This document shows positions 56,155 to 64,000 of a stretch of DNA of 64,000 bases, piece after piece. Position numbers and translations under genes: made by a program. The notes beneath the pieces were generated by a model. That model made no database searches, was not told where the DNA came from, and was given only the letters and a program-made list of their open reading frames with translations. This DNA comes from an uncultured Gemmatimonadales bacterium. Its GTDB lineage: Bacteria > Gemmatimonadota > Gemmatimonadetes > Longimicrobiales > RSA9. Numbering within the stretch: the stretch's first letter is position 1; each line of letters opens with the position of its first letter. The stretch spans positions 672,001-736,000 of the forward strand of contig CAWCRS010000005.1 of the NCBI GenBank assembly GCA_963798085.1, in the 5' to 3' direction.

Positions 56155-56404
56155 CCTCAGCAGCGAGCGCGGCGCGGCCGGTTTACTGGTTCTCCTTCCG
56201 TGCCGGACCGCTGCGCCGCATCTCGATGGAGCAGAGCTGCTGCCCGTGACCGCCTACATCCTTCGCGCGGATCACGAACGAGTCGGCTCCGGTGCGTAGC
56301 CAGGTGCATCGCAGCTCACGATCGCCGCCTTTCGGCGACCCGGTGCGCCGCATTGTGGAGCGACGCGCGCTGAAGACCGGTGGCGCCGGACCGCGGGCGC
56401 GCCT

Positions 56405-59024
56405 CTATCCTGCCCTCAGCGTAACGCCGGGATCGACGGCCGCTGCACGCCGGGCGGGAATGTAGCTGGCAAGGCCGGCAACCAGCAGCAGGAACAGCGC
56501 TGCGCCCAGAAGAGTCAGCGCATCGCGTGCTGCGACGCCGTAGACCAGACTGGTGACGAGGCCGGCGGCCCCCATGGATAGCACGAGGCCGGCGGCCACA
56601 CCGATCATGGCAATCGACAGACCCTGCCAAACTACCTGTTGCGTGACGGCACCGGGGCTCGCTCCGATGGCTGTCCGTATTGCAAATTCGCGTACGCGTT
56701 GCGCCACGTTGCAGGCCACGACCCCATAGACCCCGACCGCGGCCAGGAGCAGGGCCAGCCCGCTGAACCCGACCATCAGCAGCGTCGTCAGCCATCGCTG
56801 CGCCTCGGAGAGGTCCACGATCTCCGTCATGGTGCGCACGTCGTAGACGCTCTGCTCCGTGTCGACCGATCGGATCGCCCGGATGACCGGGCCCGTCAGC
56901 GCAGCCGCTGCCGTCACGCTGCGCACGGCCAGCACCATGCGGTCCTGTGTCCACTGACGATAGCTCCAGTAAACCTGCGCCGCCGGGTCGACCTCCAGCG
57001 CCGTGGACCGCACATGCCTCACGACACCGACGACATTGACCCATCGACCACCCAGCCCTGCCGGTTCGCGGAAGCGCCTGCCGATTGCCGATTCACCCGG
57101 CCAGATCGCATGCGCCACGCGTTCATCGATGATCGCGACTGCGGGACCGCTGGCGTCATCGTGGTCATTGAAACCACGCCCGCTGATGAAGCGAATCCCG
57201 AGCGTTGTGAAGTAATCCGGACTCACTGTGCGCGTGTCGACGTTCGTCAGTTCATCCGGCCGGCTGGTCGCGTTCTCGAAGTACACGGGATTCGTCTGGC
57301 CTCCGGAGAGCGGGATGCGATTCGCCAGACCCGCGCTCGTGACGCCGGGTACGGCGCGCACCGCCTCCAGCACCCGGGCGTAGTAGTCCGCGACTTCCGG
57401 ATCCGTGCGGTGTCTGCTGCGCGACACTTCGAACTTGAACGTCGTGACCTGCTCCGACCTGAAACCGGGGTCCACATGCAACACGTTGATCGCACTCCGG
57501 AGCAACAGGCCCGCGCCCACGAGCAGCGGCAGCGCAAACGCAATCTGCGCTGCTGCCGCGGCGCGGCTCGCCCTTGCGCGGCCTCGACCGGAAGTGGACG
57601 TGCGGCCACCATCCCGGATGACCATCGCGAAATCCGATGCCCATGCCTGAATTGCGGGCACAGCGCTCGCCGCGAGGCCGGTCAGCACGAGCAGCGCAAG
57701 CGAGAATGCGACGACCGGCGCGCTCAACGCGATGCCCTCGACTCGCGGCAGCCCCGCCGGTCGGTTCGCCACGAATTCCCGGACTGCCCACTCGGCCAGA
57801 CCCATGCCGGCCAGTCCGCCTGATAGCAACACTGGCGTCGCTTCCGCAAACGTCTGCGCGAGCAACCGCCTGCGTGATGCACCGAGCGCCAGCCGCACGG
57901 CGAATTCGCCTCGCCGTGCGCCGCCTCGGGCCGCGAACAGATTCGACAGGTTCGCACACGCGATCACCATGAGCAACGATACCGCTCCCAGCAGCAGCAG
58001 CAGCGCGGGCCGCACATCGCGCACGGCATCGTCGAGCAGCGAATCGACCGTCATGCCGCCGTTGCCCGGATAGCTCGCCGCCAGACGCGTGGCCAGCACA
58101 CCCGCCGCCTGACGCGCCTGATCCAGCGTCACGCCCGCGTGGAGCCGCGCGACCACTCGGTAATTGTCTGTTGCCTCACGGGTCAGCTCGCGCGGATCCA
58201 GCACCAGCGGCACCCACGCCTGATGGGCGCTCGACGGATAGCGAAAATCCGGCCGCATGACACCGACGACCGTACTGGCCGCGTCGTTGAGCCGGATCTG
58301 TCGCCCGATCGATCGCAGAGTCCGCGCCGAACCGGCCGCGCCACAGCCCGTCGCTCAGCACCACCACACGCTCTCGGCCCGCCTGATCCTCGCCCTCCGC
58401 AAACGTCCGGCCCAGCGCCGCAGTCACACCGAGCACCCGGAAGAGATTCGAGGAGACGCTCGCAGCCTCGAGCCGCTGCGGCTCGCCATTCTCCACGAGG
58501 TTCAGGTTCGTGTTCTCGAAAAACGCGACGTCGTCGAAAACAGCGCGCTGTTGTCGCAGCTCCATTGCATCCGCCGCCGCCGGGTAGTTGCGAGCGTCGT
58601 GTCGCGTCAACCGAATGCTGACCAGGCGTTCCGGCGCACGGAAAGGCAGCGGCCTGAGCATCACGCCGTGCACGACGCTGAAGACCGCGGTGGCGGCGCC
58701 CACGCCGAGACCGACAATGCCGATCGCGGTGACGCCGAATACCGGAGCCTTGCGCAGAAGCCGGATGCCGTACGAAAAATCCTGCAGCACCTGACGGAAG
58801 GCCGCGCCGGGTCTCTCAGCGCGTGCGACTTCCTGCACCGCATCAACGCTGCCGAATACGAGAAGCGCTGCGCGGCGCGCGTCTGCTGGAGTCATGCCGC
58901 GGGCGAGGTTCGCATCCGTCTCGCGATCCAGGTGGAAGCGCATCTCTTCGCCCAGGTCCGCGTCCACGCGCGCACTGCGGAACAGCGCGCGCCACAACCC
59001 GATCAGCCAATGGAGCACTCGCAT
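56405..59024 (-). CDS. ADOP-type duplicated ABC permease #5 (frameshift at ~58310)
   Basis: DLGEEMRFH prefix in 58176..59024; continues with VIACANL and RVREFAIR in 56405..58258. Confidence 0.85.
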
Positions 59025-59039
59025 TCGCCCCTTCGCCGT

Positions 59040-59369
59040 TCACGCGGTTCGCATGACGAGCGAGATCGCCGCCGACAGACGGTCCCAGTCCGCGCGTTCC
59101 TGTTCCAGCTGTCGCCGGCCGGCCGCCGTCAGCCGATAGAAGCGCGCGCGCCGGTTGCTTTCCGACGCACCCCAGTCCGCTGTGATCCAGCCCTGTCGCT
59201 CGAGCCGCTGCAGTGCCGGGTAGAGCGAGCCCTGATTGACCCGCAACACATCGTTCGACAGCTGCTGGATGCGCTGCGCGATCGCCCAGCCGTGCAGCTT
59301 CCGGCCGGCAATGGTCCGCAGAATCAGCAGGTCGAGCGTACCCTGCACCAGATCGGCGGGTCGCGTCAT
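59040..59369 (-). CDS. PadR family transcriptional regulator
   Basis: [39 protein letters not shown]. Confidence 0.92.
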   Translation of the reverse strand: MTRPADLVQGTLDLLILRTIAGRKLHGWAIAQRIQQLSNDVLRVNQGSLYPALQRLERQGWITADWGASESNRRARFYRLTAAGRRQLEQERADWDRLSAAISLVMRTA

Positions 59370-59374
59370 CTCTC

Positions 59375-59430
59375 TCCCCTTGGTTATCTACACGCCAAGC
59401 TACCCCCACTGTTGTAGATAAACAAGGGGA
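59375..59430. promoter_or_regulatory. 18-bp inverted repeat overlapping the PadR RBS; putative operators
   Basis: tccccttggttatctaca (59375-59392) and tgtagataaacaagggga (59413-59430), 17/18 complementary. Confidence 0.6.
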
Positions 59431-59707
59431 ACGACACGCGCCCGCCACGACCACCCGCCCAACAATGGCCACGCCGCTGCGTCTGCGAATCGTGCGCGCT
59501 GTGCTCCCGGCGCGTGGACCCCGGATGCAACGCAGCCGGCGGGTTGCCCCACCGGCTGCGTTGTTCACAGACTGCTGCTTCCGGATCCCGACTACCGGGA
59601 CCTCTCCCCGGCCCGCGCGTTCGGATCGCGCCGGGCCGACCACCCCACCCTGCGACGCGGCGCCGGCCGCCGCGCTGCGGCCGGGCCCCATCGCCTAACG
59701 GCCTGCT

Positions 59708-62313
59708 TCAGCCGCACTCACTGTAGCCGCAGGCCAGACACTTCATGCAGCCTTCCATGTACTGCAGCTCGGACTTGCAGTCCGGGCAGGTGCCGAGGAA
59801 GTGTCTGGCCCGGGTCGTAGCCATAATCGAAATCGATCTGCGTACCGGCCTGTGTGCCGTCATCACCCGCAGTCCCGGCGTAACCCGGCACACGGGCCGG
59901 TGCGCCGGCGGACGGACCGGATGTCGTCGCCTGCGGCATGGGAAGTTCCTGCTGCACACCTTCCTTCTCGCGCTCGTGCTGGATCAGCGCCTGCGCAATG
60001 GCATCCGGCACCGATAGCACCTTGTTAGGGCCGACGCCCACGGCGCGGTCGCAGGAGATGCCGCGCATCTGACGGTAGATCTCCGACATGGGAATGCCGC
60101 TGCGCAGCCCCAGCGAGATCAGCCGGCCGATGGCCTCGACATCCGCCATGGCGGCGCCGCCGGCCTTGCCCAGGGTGGCGAAGACCTCGAAGGGCCGGCC
60201 CGTCTCGTCCTCGTTCACGGTCACGTAGAGATCGCCCAGCGGGCTGGGCATGCGGCGCGTCATGCCGGTGAGCAGCGCCGGCCGCTGCCGCTTCATGCGG
60301 CGACGCTGATTCCTCGCCTGCTCGTCGACCAGCGCCCGCTTCAGCTCCTCGTTGTCGTGCATGATGCGGTGCAGTTGCTCGCGCGCGTCCGCCAGCTGCG
60401 CCTCGAGATCCACTTCCAGTGCGCTCTTCTCCGGCGTACCCGCCACTTCCTTCGCCGTCTTGCCCGTGGACAACACCTGCATGGGCCGCGAGGCATCGCG
60501 GTAGACGGTCACGCCCTTGCAGCGCAGGTCGTACGCCATGACGTAGATCTCGCGCACATCCTGCTCGCCGGCTTCGCGCGCGAAATTGCAGGTCTTGCTG
60601 ATGGCGCTGTCGACAAACTCCTGGAACGCCGCCTGCGTACGGATGTGCCACTCGGGCGTCACATCGTGCGCGGTGACGAACACGCGCTGCACGTCCGCCG
60701 GCACTTCCTCGAAGTGAATGTGCCCTTCCCCCGCGATGCGCGTCATCAGGTCGTCGCTGTACCAGCCCTGCTGCCTCGCCACGCGCACAAACTCGCGATT
60801 CACATCGGGCATGAGCACGCCCGCCTGGTTGCGCATGAAGGCGACGGCGAAGAGCGGCTCAATGCCGCCCGAGCAGTCCGCGAAGATCGAGATCGTGCCC
60901 GTGGGGGCGACCGTCGTGACATTGCAGTTGCGCAGGCGACGCGCGGGACGCACGCGCTCACCCCGTGCGTCCCGCGCGCACGTCTCGTCCGGTCCCCAGA
61001 ATGCTGCGCTCCCATTCCGGGAACACGCCGCGCTTCTCCGCCAGCCGCTCGCTCTCGCGCTTGCTCTCCTCGTCCACGAACTGCATCAGCGCGCGCGCCA
61101 CCTCGATCGCTTCATGGCTGTTGTAGGGCACACCGACGCGCACCAGCAGATCGGCGTAGCCCATGATGCCCAGGCCAATGCGGCGGATGCGCTGCGCCAG
61201 ATCCGTGATCTCGTCGAGCGGGTAGTTGTTGGCGTCGATGACGTTGTCCAGGAAATGCGTACTGGTGGCAACCACCTGGCGCAGCCCGTCCCAGTCGATG
61301 CGTTCCCGCCAGGGCAAGGCGTCGGCCACATCACTGCGCGCGAAGAGCCCGACGTTGACGCTGCCCAGATTGCACACGTCATAGGGCAGCAGCGGCTGTT
61401 CGCCGCACGGATTCGTCGCCTCGTAGCTGCCCAGGTGCGGCACCGGGTTGTAGCGGTTCGCGGCGTCGATGAAGAACACGCCCGGCTCACCCGTCGCCCA
61501 GGCGCCGTGCACGATCAGGTCGAAGATCTCGCGCGCGTCCTCCTGTCCGGCCACATCGCCGTTGCGCGGGCTGATCAGATCGTACTTCGTGCCCGCCTTC
61601 ACCGCCTCCATGAACGCATCGGTGACCGCTACCGAGATATTGAAGTTGGTGATCTGGCTGACATCGAGTTTGCAGGTAATGAAATCGCGGATATCCGGAT
61701 GGTCGACGCGCAGGATGCCCATGTTGGCGCCGCGACGGGTGCCGCCCTGCTTCACGACCTCCGTGGAGGCATCGTACAGACGCATGAAGGAAACCGGCCC
61801 GCTCGCCACACCCATCGTCGAGCGCACCACATCGCCTGCCGGACGCAGCCGGCTGAAGCCGAACCCTGTGCCCCCGCCCGACTGGTGCACCAGCGCCATC
61901 GCCTTGAGCGTGTCGTAAATGCCATCGTGCTCGTTGGAGATGGCGTCCGTCACGGGCAGCACGAAACAGGCGGACAGCTGCCCCAGCGGCCGCCCCGCGT
62001 TCATGAGCGTGGGGGAATTGGGCTCGAACAGGCGCTGCGTCATCAGCCGGTAGAACTCGCGCGCCAGCTGCTCAATGCCGCCATCACTCGCGCCGTAGCG
62101 AGCGTCTTCTTCGGCAATGACGTGAGCGACGCGCCAGAACATCTGCTCCGGTTCCTCCACCGGCCGGCCGCGCTCGTCCTTCTTCAGGTACCGCCGGGCC
62201 AGCACGATGCGCGCGTTCTCCGACAGGTCGGCCGACGGCAGATCGTCCGGCAGCAGCTCGCGACGACGGAGTACCTCGGGTGAAACCGAAACGGGCGTGA
62301 TGCTGGCGTTCAT
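59708..62313 (-). CDS. nrdJ: Adenosylcobalamin-dependent (class II) ribonucleotide reductase (frameshifts at ~61000 and ~59802)
   Basis: PNSPTLMNAG, LSACFV, QGGTRRGANM, TNPCGEQ..CNLGS, VAPTGTIS, SAISKT, KGVTVYRD; TSCPD-like domain; CPDC..CLACGYSECG. Confidence 0.92.
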
Positions 62314-62408
62314 CGGCGACCTCGACTCGTGCTTTCCGGCAAGAACGTTGAACGGACGTGAGGACCGTCCGTATCCGATTCGTGGTTGTAGGCTTGACCG
62401 CGCTGCCG

Positions 62409-62457
62409 ACCCAACATCTTGTGGGGTGCGTATCATAGCCAATCCAGATCTTGTGGT
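62409..62457. promoter_or_regulatory. Tandem NrdR boxes
   Basis: Minus strand CACAAGATGTTGGG and CACAAGATCTGGAT, 32 bp apart, ~100 bp upstream of nrdJ; resemble acaCwAtATaTwGtg. Confidence 0.75.
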
Positions 62458-62687
62458 CAAGAGGCTCGTGACGGCCGAGTCGCGCCTCCGTTACGCGACC
62501 GTGGCCACCCCCGCCGTTGGTGAGGTCCTGCCTCGCAAACGGCGCGTCCGTCCGCCTGATTCGGCGTTTGCGGCGCGCAGCCGGGCCTGGGAGCCGGCGA
62601 CCGTCCCGTACAGCTCCTGCTGCATGGGTGACGACACCGCATGGGCCGTCCTCCGCGACGGCACTGACCTGCCGTGCATGAAGTACC

Positions 62688-62977
62688 GGCCTCGGACCGT
62701 CTTGGCGTTCTTGGGTTTGGCCCGCGGAGCCATACGATGCCCCTGTTTGGAGGCGTGTTTCCCCACGCCCTGGCCGCGCGTGTCCCATATCATGCATCGC
62801 GTCGCCCCGTTCTGCAGGTAGAATGGAGCGTCATCGTGCCTGGCAGGCGTGGGGCGCCATGCAAAAGGGGTCACGCGCATGAGGCAATGTGACAAACCCG
62901 GCAGCTGCCAGGCCCGATGCGACGTTCTTCCATAACCCGATGTAGCACAAGGAAAGAACGCCAAGACGGTCCGGGCC
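62688..62977. repeat. Inverted-repeat-bounded element (MITE/REPIN-like), copy 2
   Basis: tcggaccgtcttggcgttcttgggtttggcc (62692-62722) is identical to the copy 1 left arm; inverted 20-mer at 62954-62973. Confidence 0.7.
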
Positions 62978-64000
62978 CTAGTGCCCGCCCTTCGACTCCG
63001 CCAGCTGCTTCACCAGATCACCCACCACGTTCTTCGCGTCACCAAAAAGCATCCACGTCTTGTCGTCGTAGTACAGCTCGTTGTCGATGCCCGCGAAGCC
63101 CGGGTTCTTGCTGCGCTTGATGGCGAACACCGTGCGCGCCCGGTCCGCATCAATGATGGGCATGCCGTAAATGGGCGTGGTCTTGGCGTAGCGCGCTGCG
63201 GGATTGACCACGTCATTGGCGCCGATCACCAGCGCCACGTCGCACTGCGGCATCTCGGGATTGATGTCGTCCATCTCGACCAGGTCGGTGTACGGCACAT
63301 CCGATTCCGCCAGCAGCACGTTCATGTGGCCCGGCATGCGACCCGCCACCGGGTGTATCGCGAACTTCACGGTTATGCCACGCTTGCGCAGCTGCTCGTA
63401 CAGCTCCTTCACACGCTGCTGCGCGCGCGCCACCGCCATGCCGTAGCCCGGGATGATGACGACGAAGTTCGCCTGCTCCAGGATCTGCGCCGCGCCTTCC
63501 ACGGTCTCGGCCTTGTAGTTCTTCGTGCTCGTGCCCGCCTCCAGCGCCTGCACCTTGCCGAATGCGCCGAACAGCACGTTGACGAACGAGCGGTTCATCG
63601 CCTTGCACATGATGATCGAGAGGATGAGACCGCTGGAACCATCCAGTGCGCCCGCCGTGATCAGCAGTTTGTTGTCCAGCACGAAGCCCATGGCCACAGC
63701 GGAGAGTCCGGCATAGGAGTTCAGGATCGAGATCACCGTGGGCATGTCGGCGCCGCCAATGGGGATGATCAGCAGTACGCCGAAGATCAGCGAGATCACG
63801 ATGATGATGGGGAACAGCGTGGTGCCTGAGGCGGCGGTCGGGTTGACCACCAGCAGCGCGCCCAGTCCGAAGGCGGCGACCAGCATGCCGATGTTGGTGA
63901 AGTTCTGCAGCGGATAGGTGACCGGGCGCTGCGGAATCCATTTCACCTCCTGCAGCTTGCCGGCCGCCATGAGGCTGCCCGTGAAGGTGAGGAAGCCGAG
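62978..64000 (-). CDS. pntB: NAD(P) transhydrogenase beta subunit, 5'-truncated
   Basis: IGGADMP, LNSYAG, MCKAMNRS, PGYGMAVA, IHPVAGRMPGHMNVLLAE, IGANDVVNPAA. Confidence 0.97.
   Translation of the reverse strand, partial: LGFLTFTGSLMAAGKLQEVKWIPQRPVTYPLQNFTNIGMLVAAFGLGALLVVNPTAASGTTLFPIIIVISLIFGVLLIIPIGGADMPTVISILNSYAGLSAVAMGFVLDNKLLITAGALDGSSGLILSIIMCKAMNRSFVNVLFGAFGKVQALEAGTSTKNYKAETVEGAAQILEQANFVVIIPGYGMAVARAQQRVKELYEQLRKRGITVKFAIHPVAGRMPGHMNVLLAESDVPYTDLVEMDDINPEMPQCDVALVIGANDVVNPAARYAKTTPIYGMPIIDADRARTVFAIKRSKNPGFAGIDNELYYDDKTWMLFGDAKNVVGDLVKQLAESKGGH

Noticed and set aside
59690..59715. Integron attC-like GCCTAAC (also ATCTAAC at 1779)
   Set aside because: No matching GTTRRRY partner or hairpin, no cassette-like array and no integrase
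59708..62313. nrdJ pseudogene, programmed frameshift or intein
   Set aside because: Both breaks are single-base insertions, all catalytic motifs are intact, and there is no slippery heptamer or intein motif; likely sequencing error
62313..62690. Cobalamin riboswitch upstream of nrdJ
   Set aside because: No B12-box-like motifs recognised; NrdR boxes account for the regulatory signal

Overview
GC-rich bacterial chromosomal window. The gene content suggests Gemmatimonadota or Acidobacteriota (inference): PadR/ADOP permease pairs, 6-bladed beta-propeller lipoproteins and a class II RNR with a coiled-coil insert. It is mostly envelope and accessory genes: an MFS transporter, a MacAB-like ABC operon ending in an ECF sigma/anti-sigma/periplasmic trio, five ADOP-type duplicated permeases (four with an adjacent PadR), several beta-propeller proteins and hydrolases (MBL, SLT, M20, CocE, DUF885). 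It also holds a Tat-exported MsrB, nrdJ with two NrdR boxes and the 3' part of pntB. No rRNA, tRNA, CRISPR array, integrase or transposase was seen. Most notable: (1) a ~1,800-aa protein with two lipase domains, a CHAT caspase-like domain and a TPR tail, 2.4 kb from a TIR-TM-WD40 protein, together a candidate defence or cell-death module; (2) two ~280-290 bp elements bounded by the same inverted repeat, each abutting a TAG stop; (3) paired, paralog-specific palindromes upstream of the PadR genes; (4) about 11 frameshifts, 7 of them single extra bases at a GATG/CATC site, suggesting a sequencing-error footprint of a DNA modification. All family calls come from motif recognition by eye, not database searches.
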